Below are positions 51,622 through 63,704 of a DNA stretch of 64,000 nt, piece by piece (the stretch's first letter is position 1; every line of letters begins with the position of its first letter). The DNA is from Vicugna vicugna (taxonomy: Eukaryota). Under the pieces are notes generated by a model, which saw nothing but the letters and a program-made list of their open reading frames with translations, did no database searches and had not been told where the DNA came from. Where the stretch lies: contig MU058221.1 of assembly GCA_013265495.1 (NCBI GenBank), positions 1,364,001 to 1,428,000 on the forward strand, given 5' to 3'. A program made the translations under genes and the position numbers.

Positions 51622-54439
51622 GTTCAGTCATACAGAGATGCCTGCGATTGCAACCACATGGAGAAAAGTCTTGGCTCCAGCTAACCAATCGGAATATTTG
51701 AGTGCAGGGCTTAATAAATACTTTGAAGATTGTCAGAGCGTAGCAGGGCCAAGCAGAATCTTTCTGTGACTCTCCACGGATCATTGGGAGAGCGTGAGTA
51801 TACTATATTTAAAAAAATTTTTTATTGTGAGAGATAAGGTCCTAGCGATGACTGCATTACTTCTGTAGATTCACCATGGGAGGACAAATCAAGAGACAAA
51901 GAGAAATCCTGAGGCAGATGAGTCGTTGAGGTTGCATCAAGTTGTATCTTAAATCTGCATCCCCGTGGCCCCCCAAATGCCCAAATCTAATGTCACCCTC
52001 TTGCTTTAAAATTTATTTAAAAACTAATTTGTGTTGGGTTTTTGTCACTTAAAGTCTAAGACACATGATAATGGGCTCAGAATGATTAAGTATATTTTAC
52101 ATATTAACCCAATAAAAAATAAAGTTCAAGTGTGAGATTGCCTAATCCTTTTCTACCGATACCTTAAAAGTCTTTCAAATGAAGTGTAGTCTACATTATG
52201 CGTTAAAAATGACTCATGGCAAACAATTTGTTCTCAGTTATCTGGTCAGTTATCTGTTTATTTATCTTCCAGTGAACAACAATGGCTATGTTGTTACTAA
52301 CGTAGTCCCTGGATTGATCAAACCCATTAAAACTTACGAAATAGATTCAAATCTATTCAGCGTCACACATACCGCAACTTTATTATTATCTGCTTGTTAA
52401 ATTATTATTTAAAAGGTTATTGATGAAGTTGATAGAGTTTCTTTTAATTTTAATAGGATAAAATATTTAACTTTTCTTCTGCTGGCAATTGTTATCAACA
52501 AACATGTTGTAAAGACGTTTTATTACTGTCAGAAAAGCAGAATGCAGAGGTCCCTATCACGATGCCATGGATTAAAATGGCAGCTTAATTCTCCGACAGT
52601 TGGCACTGATGTTTAACATGAGTTGTTAACCCTCTCCGAGTACATTGATTTATATTTCAACTTGTGGTTTCAGTTAACACCCGACTATACAAATCCTTGA
52701 CTCTCATTTTCTTGGATGAAATGTAGGAAGATTTCTAACTGCAACGCAAATCATGCTTGTTCGTGTGTATACATATTGCCGCCTGGAAGGAATTATTATT
52801 TAATTTGCTTTTAATGAGAAAAGTAATTTGAACACAAATAATCAGAAAATAGGGGAAAATGGAAGTACAATCTCTCGACCTTATAAGAAGCCTTAAGGGA
52901 AAAGGCATAGTTTGTTGTTGCTGTTCTTTTGGTTTCAAACACAATCAATATTGCTCCGCAGGCTACATTTTAGGAAATACAATGGTACCTATGATGTAAA
53001 GATTACGTGTGATTATTTCTTATATATTAACATATAAAATACAAGGGTATGTGTGCTGTTCATAATGCAGAATTAATGAAAACACGTGTGTGTGTATATG
53101 TAATTAACTTTCCTATATTCTAAGTATTACTATTTGATTTGACCTTAAGTGAGCTGGTTGTACCCCTTTTTTCCTCACCCTCCATCTTCATGGAGAGTTT
53201 ATCAGAGTTAGAGAAGTCGGGTTAAATCTAGTTACGGAGGAAGGGTCTGGCGCAGGCTCAGGGAACGGCACAGGGAAGAATGGACAGTCCGTTGCACCGA
53301 ATAGGATCTACACTGGGAAAGACTGCTCTGTTTTAGCTGTGCAGCAACATAGAAGGGAAACTCAGCAAAGGGCAGACGTACGGAGCTTCTAGTTAGCATG
53401 GCCTTAATTAAGTGGAAGGGCTTCATCCGTGGAGAACAGAATCATCTACCCAAGGATGAAAAAAATATCTCCTGTCCTGTCTCCTTCAGTGTTTGATTTC
53501 CTCCGTAGAAAAGTTACATGTGCATGAGGGTATCACCGTCTTTTATTTTTTAGCTGTATGTTCAGTCGAGAGATAGTAAATTAAATCTGGATGGGAGAAG
53601 ATAGATATAATGTAAGTCCTGCTGTGTTTTAAGCATTTTAATTTAATAGTGTGAGTTAATTTTCTGGGTAAGTCAAGTTATTAACATTTCGAAATTGATA
53701 TAATTTGAGATCACATTTTAAAATCTGTATCAAACTGGATATATTTGGATTGCTTTGTTAAAAAAAGAGGAAAAAAGATCAGTATCAAAATTCAGTTTTC
53801 AGAAAACGTTTTTTGATGTAACTTTTAAATTATTATATAAGTGTCACACCATAGGAATTTTAAAACCTATTAATATCAATGAATGACAAAATAGTCCCCA
53901 TTCAGAGGTCATTGCTGTTTATTTCATCCATATATTTTATGTTTTTATATAAAATATAAATATAGATTTAAGAAATATGTGTATGTGAAAATTTCTATTT
54001 AGAAATATATTTATTGCTCTGGTTTTACATTTTATCAGCATTATTTATATCAGAGGAATGTGGCAATAGCTTTGTGATGCTTATGAGCATAAATGGGAAA
54101 AACTCTTCATCTAACAGCCAGATCATGATAAGAATATGCAAAATCAAAAAAAAAATTAATAAATAAACAAAAATGCAAAATAAATCCTAACTATTTATTC
54201 TTCAAAGAAAAGGGGTGGGATTTGCTAGACTGAAACCCAAGGTACCACTGGAAAAAGAGGATGCATAAGCTTGCAATCACCAGCGCTCTAACTATGACAC
54301 AGGCAAGGAAACCAACTGCCCGTGGCCGGGAATTACGAGTGGACTTCAGGGCAGTGGTTTCTAATACTCAGCCTTGGGTCGTGTGCTATGGGGCATTTAG
54401 CCTGTTGCCTCAGAATCGCTAGTAAATAATTCCTTCACT

Positions 54440-54950
54440 ACACGGTGACTGGCCACCTACTGTACACCCAGCCTGAGCCGCCTACTGCGTGGTGAGAAGC
54501 AGCACCAGAACCCTTCCACGAAGCTGCTTCCACGGCAAGAGACGGACATGAACGACAGAAGTGTGCCAACAGACAGAAGAGCTCTCCGCAGCATCGCGAA
54601 GGGGAGCCGGCCCAGCTCTGAGGCCCGTGACAGGCAGGCCTGAGCGAGGGCACGTGTGAGGTTCGAGGGAGAAGAGGGAGGAGCCCTGCTTTCCACACAG
54701 AGGTGACGTGATGCAGGGACGTGACAGGGCTCGATGCCATGCAAGGCGGGGGGTGCCAAGCAGTGGCAGGCTCTGGGGCGCCCGCTTGCCGTGGGCCGGA
54801 GGCGGGCTGGGCGCTGTGACAGCGGCAAGGTCTGCGTCCCCCCGATGCCCTGGCCTCTGGTTCCTGCCTCGACAGAACGCAGGTGCGCGGCGGGGCTCCG
54901 AGAGAAGCGGGCGTTCCCTGGCCACCTGCTGGGCTTCCCTTTGCGCCCAG
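54440..54950. other. CpG-island-like patch, probably partly on an antisense L2 remnant
   Basis: High GC and CpG density; 'agagacggacatgaac...cagaggtgacgtgatgcagggacgtga' resembles antisense L2. Confidence 0.55.
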
Positions 54951-56757
54951 TGACATTATTTTCTGTGCTCCGTTTTTCACAATCCACCCTGCATCCTTCC
55001 ACTTGAAAGATACTCCTTTAAGTTTCAGGCAGCTGGAAGGACCTTTTCTCGTTTCCAGTGACGGTGGAGACGCCTATTTATATCAACTGAGTTATTTCAA
55101 AGTGAAATTTAGATATTGAAGGGTGTCAAATGTCTTGTCCCAGAAGCGCCACTCTTTAAACTTGATTTTTAAAGCAATTACAATAAAAAAAATGTATAAA
55201 GAATTCTTGAGCTCAGGGAGGGGAAGCAATCGTAAAAGCAGGGGAACAGGGAAATGAATCACTTTTGAGAAGCAATTCAAACTTGAAGATTGTCCTTTAC
55301 CTGAATGCAGAGGACATTCTAAATAGGAAACTTTGAAAAAAGAGAAAAAAAAAAAAAAACTCCCCACAAATAATTGGTTGATTATTTTCCTTGTCAGGGG
55401 AAAAAATGACAATGTTACAGGAGTGGAAGCTATTAAAGTCCCAGAACTAGCTTGAAAAGAGAAGATAAATAACCCATCAGGGTCTTTGATAGTTTGTTAA
55501 AAATTTTAAAAGAGAAACTTGGTATGAAGAAACATAATTGCCTCCCCAGAATACAAAGCTTCCATTGTAAGTCATCTAACGACATAAAGAGTTCTTAAGG
55601 CTCCATGGTACCCTGAGAGCGGTGCTCACGAGTATAAGTACCTGTAGTTCATTAAAAAATATGAACATTTCAGCTGAGTATGTCGTGTTTGGCTCTGATA
55701 TCATAAAACCAGCTGAAAAGGGGCAAGTACTCTGTGCAGACAGTTTGAGATACATTTATGATCTGTTGACTGCCTTTGGATCAATTGAAATGCCTTCCTT
55801 TTAGGCTTGGGGTTTCCCAAGTAACGTGTCATTAGTATAGAATTTCTTTTAAAATATTGAATTGCCTTGAGTGAAATTATTTTAATTTAAATAAGAAAGT
55901 CTGACAGCATCACGATTCAACAGAATTCATTTCATTTCATTTCACTCTGGCCAGTCTGACTCCCCATGATCTATATCCTTCCTTGATCAGGTTTATAAAG
56001 CCAGGCAAAGAAATCGCTTTACCCAAGGGGAATTGTCGCCGTTTGCTCTGCCGCGAGCCCCAGGACCCCCTAAGCCCAGAGACAGAGTTGGTGCTTAAGC
56101 CGCTGGTCACCCCTTCAGTGTTGCTCTCAAACCTGTTTCATCACTTCTAGGAGCAAGACCCACATAACAAATATGGAGGATTTCAGAGTCTAAACATATT
56201 TCATTCCTAATTCATGTATAAATTCTCTCCCTCTTGGGTTTGGTTTCTGTATTTATTCCTCTTTTCCACTGAGGTTAAACTCTAAATATTCCCCACTCCA
56301 TGTGACGTAGGAATGGAGGTCACCCTTGGTCTGGTCTAGCCAGGTGTCCAGCTCACTGGCTTCCAAGGGGGCTCATGATCTCGGCAGTCTCTCCAACACT
56401 GGCTGCACGAGTCTCTCCGGAAAGGGAACGCTTGGCCATCCTTTTGCACATCTGTGACCACTTGCTCTTTCCTTTACCAACAACCTATTCCATTTTTAAG
56501 TTACTTCCTAGATTCAGGTAGACCTTCCTTAATGATTCTATAATACTGAATAAATAATACTGAATTCCCTTGTTTTCCTCTTCAATTTACTGGAGAAGTC
56601 TTCATTTTTAAAAACTCTTTCAATAAATCTTTATTTACTCTTTTGGGCTTCTCAAAATATTTATTATTTATATGCTGATTAACTAAATTATTTTTTAATC
56701 AGAGCATCCATTTAAATTTATCTAATACCTTCAGCATTCATTAATGTAAGCATAGTG

Positions 56758-56806
56758 GGTTTTTTTTTAATTGAGTTATAGTCAGTTTACAATGTTGTGC
56801 CAATTA
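56758..56806 (-). mobile_element. Extremely 5'-truncated L1 tail (about 50 nt)
   Basis: poly-T + 'aattgagttatagtcagtttacaatgttgtgccaatt'; TSD taagcatagtg (56747-56757) / taagcatattg (56807-56817). Confidence 0.75.
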
Positions 56807-58249
56807 TAAGCATATTGTTTTAATGTACAAATATACAAAGAAAAAAAGCCCAAGAAATAGTCTGTACATAAAAATGTAACAAAAATTATATGGCAAGCCA
56901 TTGTAATTAATATATAAAATAGGATACATAAAATCTAAAATATAATTTATCATAATTATATAAGTCAATTAAAATACCCTATACGTATTAAACTCAGATA
57001 TTAGGTTAAAAGAAAGTGTACAAATATATTTTGTGTTTATATGTATAATAATTTTGCTGAAAACGTATTTAAAACAAATTCATAAGAGCAAAAAAAATCC
57101 TCCTTTACTTTAAAAGTTATCTAGTTGTAAAAATTAACTAATTTGGTAATCTTATTTAAAATTGAAAATAGAACTGTACTCTGTGACATGTTTATTTTAC
57201 TGCTTTTTTCTATATCTAAATAAAAATTAAAGATATTCTGATCAAATCAATATACAGTAACTGGATTCCTTGGAAAGTTTATTACAGAGTGAAAAAAAAA
57301 AATAGTATATATTCAGTCTGTAGAATTTTGAGCCCAAAGTAACTCACAATCACCTTTCTGTTCTATATTGTATTATTTTGAAATGGGTTTTTTCCCTTAT
57401 TTTCTATCATTCTCCCTTAGCAGCAACATCAATTTGCTGAATTACTCACCATGAGAATCTGTAAACTGTTAGAATGGAGACTTCTGGTTCTAATAAAAGA
57501 GCAAGCTAAACTAGCTCCAAACTCACCCTGTTCCACACTTCACACTGTGCTGGGGTGGGGAGAGCATTAAAAAGAGTGTGTCTGTTCTTAAACCAACAAA
57601 GGCAAATTTAGAGATGAAATAATGGGAGGGAAAACTAAAGCCAGGGAAGTAGGTATGAAGAGCCAATTTAAAGTTTCTAAGAATTACGATCAGAGATGGA
57701 AGTGAGAAAGGATGACGACTAAATCTGCTATGAGAAATGGGAAACCTTTCAATCCTCAACACATGCTGCTTTTGAGTATAAATTTACACTGCGTTGTATG
57801 AATATTCGAATGAAGAAGTAATCTTCCCCCAGGCTTTGGGTTCTGATGAAGCAATTAGTATATGTATACTTGAAACAACTTTGGAGTGGAGGAAAAATAA
57901 ATTCTATGTACACAAGTGGACAAACATTTCAATATGATTAATGTGAATATATGTATTCAGCTTAGATATCATAAGAATGAAAAAAATATGATTCTAAATT
58001 GAATTTTGAGGTAACTGGCAGAATGGGTTTAAGGGTAGGGATTAAAAGACGGTATTATGTTGGGTAAATGAATTATTAAAAAGACTCCTCCAAGCCATGA
58101 GCAATCTCCTTGCCCAAATCTTAACTTTCTGATGCCATTTTCCAGTGAACAGAACTTAGAGACCGTGGAGAAATAACCTCTTCTAAAGCTGGGACAAGAA
58201 AGACACAAGAAGAGACTGGAGCACGTGGCATTGCCAGCAAAGGGGAAGT

Positions 58250-58440
58250 GTGGTGTATGCGTGTGCATGACTGGGACACTGTGCTGCACGCCAGGAACGG
58301 ACACATCGCAACTGACTATATGGCAATAAAAAATTTAAAAAAAGAAAAGCCAAAAAAAATTTTTTTAAATAAAAATGCAAAACAAAAACTAACAAAACTC
58401 ACAACACACACACACACACACAACAGCAACAACCACGATA
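58250..58440 (+). mobile_element. Truncated L1 3' end with decayed A-rich/(CA)n tail
   Basis: 'tgcatgactgggacactgtgctgcacgccagg...actgactata' followed by an A-rich tail. Confidence 0.7.
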
Positions 58441-58544
58441 AAGGGGGTGTGTTAAAGAAACAAGAGTCAGATGAGAGAGTTCTCAAGGCCCAAAGCTGGA
58501 AAAATTCGAGCAAAAATTAATAACATTAATGTGGCATTCAGGTA

Positions 58545-59140
58545 TAATCTAAACTATAAGATAAATGCTCAGGAGCCCAAACTGTTTAAAATGGGTGAAA
58601 AAGAATAGACAAAATTATTCAGAAGAACTTTATAAAGTGACTCTGCCCATTTAAGCCATTTGACCTCCACACGGTGGCTTCCCTTTAAAGAATGCAGTGT
58701 GGCAGAAAGAGGGGAGGATACTTTTACAGTGTTACGCAGAAATCTGACAAAACCAGGTAACCAAGGTGGACGACAGTGACAGGGCGCGTGGATAGCACGC
58801 ATCCAGGAGATGATGTAATGAGACTTGCGTTTCGCCTCTGCGGGCTTCCCTTAAAAAACCTTCCATAATCTCAGTCTAATCAGGAAGCAAACGTCGGACA
58901 AACGCAAATTAGGGGACATTCTACAAAAATACCTGGCCAGTGTTTCTCAAAACTGTCAAATTCATCAAAACAAAGACAGCCGAAGAATAGCCTGCGGAGA
59001 CTAAATAAAATGTCACACACTGGGTGGTAACCTGCAGCAGCAAAGAAGCAAGACGTTAGGTAAGAGTCTGAGCAAATGTGAGTTAAATATATAGAGTTGC
59101 GTTAATTACACTGGCAGCGTTGGTTTGGTTTGAACTCTTA
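58545..59140 (+). mobile_element. L1MC3/4-like 3'UTR fragment
   Basis: 'cataatctcagtctaatcagga...caaattaggggacattctacaaaaatacctggccagtgtttctcaaaactgtcaa'. Confidence 0.8.
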
Positions 59141-59179
59141 TTTATGGTAAATGCACTAAGGAGAGTGATGCTTCATGAC

Positions 59180-59372
59180 TCTAGGGAAGTACATGAAATT
59201 GAAAGCTCAGTGTCCATAAGTGAAGTTGGGCTGGAACACAGCCACAGCCGTCCATCTGCCTGCTGCCCGCGGCTGCGTGCGTCCAGAAGGCAGAGCGGAG
59301 CGGCTGCTTCGGGGGCTGAAAGGCTGGGGGCCTGAAATGTTTACTGCGCGGGACAAGGAGCTCGGGCCGGCT
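59180..59372. mobile_element. MER58B-like hAT MITE fragment, GC-shifted
   Basis: 'tcagtgtccataagtgaagttgggctggaacacagccac...ggctgc...ggcagagcggagcggctgc...gcctgaaatgtttact'. Confidence 0.75.
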
Positions 59373-60399
59373 GCGCACAGGAAGGGCGCACAGCGGTGGC
59401 ACCGCTCGGTCGGCCTCCCCCGCCGGCGCTCCGTCTCCCACACGCACACTTGGTCCCAACGCCGCATCGTCCCAGACCGGGCTGACAAGGCCGATGTGGG
59501 GCCCTGGGTTACCGACTCCCCCTGCACCCTGGCCTGGACCTGTGGGTACTACAAACTAACAGGTTCATGATGTCTGATGTGCTGTGCAAGCTTATCAGAA
59601 CACAGGTATTTTAAATGCCTTACTTCCACATGTTATCATTCAATACATATTCACAGTTTCTCGTTAGTCTTTCTCTTCCAGTGATAAACACAGGCGAAGT
59701 AGAGGTTCATCTTTTATTTACCGTGCAGTGTCAAAAGGGGGCGGTCTGGTGACAATTTACTTAAAGGTTCATAGACAGACAAATATGTCATAGCATATTC
59801 TAAGTCATGTTGACTAGTTCAAATGTATCTCTCAATTCATGATATATTTTTAATAAATTCTACACATATGCAAACTCTGAACACTTAAAACATTCTGAAT
59901 TTTTTCAAAGAGGAGAAAAAATAATACCTGCCTTTAATTAAAAAAAAAAGGGAAAATAAAATAAAAAGGACAGACTATTACCATTCTAAGTTTTTAATCC
60001 CAACCTCTACAGTTAGGTAATGAGAAAAATTAAATATGACATCTGACTTTTCTATATAGAAAAATTTCTATATACATAATTTAACTAAATATATGTGTGT
60101 GTGTGTATATATATATATATTTTTTCCAATCAGAACAGAGCAGAGAATTTTAAAAAATGGATTCAGATAGATATATTACTATGGAAACCTTCAGAGACTA
60201 TAAATTGGACTCTGGAACTTGACTTTTTTTTCCCCACAGAACTTGACTTTGATATCTGAAGTATACAGAGAAGTCTTTGACATTAGAAGCATTAATTGTG
60301 AAGGACTTCATGTATATGTATATACGATCACTCATTTAAATTTTAATGGCTGTAACATCTCAGAATAATTAAACCTTGGTAACAGTGGTCTGTGGACTG

Positions 60400-60620
60400 G
60401 GGCAGCTTGAATAGAATGCAAGGCAGTGGGTTGGATGTGCTGGATGATCACGCATTGAGGCTGGTTGGAGAGAAGCCCAGACATATTTTTTGGAGGAGAG
60501 AATTTTAACGCCTCCATATTGCAAATTTATTAACAGAAAATAGGAGAGGTACAGTGTAAAAACTGAACTGAGGCTTTTCAGGGAACTCCAAATTTAACGC
60601 AATAGTTGATGAAAAGGAGT
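60400..60620 (-). mobile_element. L2 remnant
   Basis: 'ggttggatgtgctggatgatcac', 'actgaactgagg...gggaactccaaatttaa'. Confidence 0.4.
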
Positions 60621-61419
60621 GAGATGTATTCATGCCGTACTAGGTTACCGTCTTCAATGACTTCAAATAGCAGCACCTTCTTTTCTGCGTCTCTACCTTG
60701 AGACAGTCTTTAACAAATTTTGATCAGTCTCCCAAATTTACTGGAAACTCAGACTCACCAAATTGAAGCCATTGTGTGAACTGCCATCATTGAAGGCACA
60801 TTCTCAGGAATCTGCTGCTAAAGATGTCTGGATCACATGTAAGCAGATGAAAATTTAATATTACACTGAAAACATGACCATAGCTGAAGGGAAATTCATG
60901 AACAGGAAGAATAATATTACAGTGCCAAAGGCTGCAGATGAGCTTAAACCTCACATGCAGCTGAGTATCAAATCCTCGCCACTAACCAGAGAAGTTAAAG
61001 GCACAATTAATGTTTGAACTGATGGTCTAATAAGAGATGGGCAACCACATCAGTTCATTTAAGAATCAGACTTAATTTTCAATCCTAACTTTGGCTTAAG
61101 TGGATTCAAGATATTTCTCCTTAAATGACAAACATTTGAAAATCATGTAATTTTCTATGTTCTGAACACAAATGTGCACTGGAGTTAGCCTCCGTAATAA
61201 AGTAAGTTATTCAAGCAGCATTCGTCTCCCTCTTTAGAAAGACTAAAAAAAGTGAAGTATTTCTAGTCTTCCTCGGTCTGTTGTTTCCTCATGTTGCTTC
61301 ACGGGACAGAATATTTTAAACATGTAGAAAAAGCACCCCCCCACAGGTTTACAGAATAGATTCTTCATGCACTGGAGGACGCTCACAGGCATAGGGGGAA
61401 ATCAGAATAGATTTAGATT

Positions 61420-61655
61420 AGAGAATCTCAAAATTTAGTGTGCGTAAGAATCTTCTGGAAAGCCGTTAAAACACAGGCATTTTTTTGACCCAGACTCCAC
61501 AGATTCCGATTCAAGAGCTTAGAGGTGAGGCCTGAAATGGGAAAACTGGACAGCAGCATGTAAAACAATGAAGCTGAAATGGTTCGTTTCTAACAGCCTC
61601 CCGGATGCTAATGCTGCCGCTGGCCCGTGAATGCGCCGGGCTGCGACCAGCTCTG
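61420..61655. mobile_element. MER5A (hAT-Charlie MITE) carrying a small insertion
   Basis: 'tctcaaaatttagtgtgcgtaagaatc...gttaaaacacag...cagattccgattca...tttctaacagcctcccggatgctaatgctgccgctggcc'. Confidence 0.8.
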
Positions 61656-62679
61656 AAGCTCTCTGGTCCCCTCCTGCTCTGAGCAAGACGCTGGGCCCCG
61701 TGGGGTCCGGAAGCTTCTTCAGTTGTGAAAAAGCGATGACAGCATGGATCTTAGATAGTAGCTGAAACCAGGCGGTATTTTAAAATGTGTTTCTTTCCTT
61801 ATTTTTATTTTGTCTCTCTCCTCCTTCCTTCCTTTCTTCCTCCCCCCTTTCTCTCCCTCCCACCCCCTCTTTCTCTCTCTTTCTCTCTTTCTTCCTTTCT
61901 TCCTATTTTCTTTTTTTTAATTCTGGTCGTTTTGTTAGAAAACCTATCTTGGTATGTTTATAGTAACAGGGACTGTGCTACGGAGACTCTGATGATCAGA
62001 TCCAGAAACCCCGGCCTCCACATTTGCACCTTCGTAACCAGCTAGGTCAACACATTATTCACAATTATTGTGTTTTTTCCCAGTCCTGGTGGCCAAAACT
62101 TACAAAGCATTAAAACAAATGCTTCTACTGCTTAAGGGAGAACCAGGCACCTTCTAAGATACACAGTAAGTGTTGGAAAAACGGAAGGGTGGGAGAGAGA
62201 TAGGAAGGATGACTCCTGTTTGCACAGTTTCCAGCACAAAGTAGCCGCCCACACGTATTTGTAGAAACCAACTCTTTTTTTAAGCAGAACTGTACGTGTA
62301 ATCCAGCACGTTCAATATAAGAAAGGCATACTGGTCTGAGTGAGACTGGGGCAGGAGGGTTTCTGAATCCCTCAGAAACGACTGTGCTTTCCCCCTGAGT
62401 TAGTGTTTGCAACAGGAAAGCCAGGCAGGCAAGCTGTGTGGTCAGAAGGACTTGAGTGTGGACCCTTTCTGTCAGTTAATACGTGTGGTTGGCCTTGAGC
62501 GAAATAAGTAAAATTATTTTTAATCTCACAAGCCGTGGCTTCAGTCCATCTCTTCTCCGCCTCATATCTCAGGTTTACCATGGCTCATTCTTGTTTTCCT
62601 TACTTATTGCCCGTATCATCATTGCCTACTTCAGTGCCCTTGGGCAACTATGCTAATCTACTTAATATAATTAATTTTA

Positions 62680-63270
62680 AAATGGCTTTTGCAAAACACA
62701 CATTAGAGCTTTGTATGCATGCATTTTTCTTTTACCTGAATGTTATTGGCCTAAAATTTCACTCTGTTGCTTAAAAAAAAGTGAACAGTTTTTAGATCTA
62801 TTCACATCACCATGTATCTAACTGCTACTTAATATTCCATAGGCTACGTCTTCCGTATTTTACTTAATCCAGCCCTCAAAATGCTTTCCCCAATTGCCTC
62901 CCAATTTCCATTTCCACAAACAGAACTATAATAGGCATCTTTGTAAATGTTTCTTTTTGGATCTCTGTGCAGGGGTGGGATTATTGGATCAAAGAATAAC
63001 AGTGCATTTAATGTGACCCTGGCCGGCACATTCACTGGGTGCTCCAGCCTCCCACCCTGCACGAGGGCTTCTCTCTGCCCACGGCCTCACCAACCGGCCA
63101 TGTGCAAGTGTTCACTGAGGGCTGATCTGATAAGCACAACGTGAGACTCCATGATATTTTAATTTACTTGATTCTAATTGCTAATGTGTTTGGACATCTT
63201 TTCATATGCCTGAAGGCCCTTCGGGATTTCTCTTTTTTAATTGCCTGTTCATTCACAGGCCATTTTGCAG
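62680..63270 (-). mobile_element. Old L1ME 3' fragment
   Basis: 'tttttagatctattcacat', 'gggattattggatcaaag', 'tttggacatcttttcatatgc'. Confidence 0.7.
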
Positions 63271-63704
63271 AAGAACTTGTGGGATGGAGAGATCATTGAG
63301 GCCATCTTTGGAAGATAAATATTCTGCTGAATGATTCATCCTTGCCCAGTGAAACTCTCTCTCTTTCTCTTTCTCAGCTTCATTGTAAGCCAGAACATAA
63401 TGCATGTATTGGTTTATCACTGGTTTTGTATCCCTTACTATGGGGCAGAAAAATTCCCCACTTCTTTACTAAGTTCTCCCTTTCACAATTTGAAATTAAA
63501 GTATTTCAGTAATATCAATTCATCCCATAAAAGTACACAATTATTAATTTTGTTTCAGAACTGCTTGTAATTTTCTTTGTTCACAGAGGTCTCCTGTATT
63601 ATATAAAAGGCTTTACACTTTTTCTTGCTATTAAAAATATCTTTATTTTCAATTGTAGTTTGTTTGTTGCAATTGATTTTTTAAACCTTTTTAATCTGGA
63701 AATG

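Noticed and set aside
54438..55002. Overlapping 147-181 aa ORFs in all three minus frames
   Set aside because: Stop-codon scarcity in a GC-rich patch; no recognisable domain or exon structure.
9501..57549. Joining the minus-strand exon candidates (including a 57-nt one at 9557-9501) into one coding gene
   Set aside because: Phases are not mutually compatible, no peptide is recognisable, and L1 orientation shows no clear strand bias.
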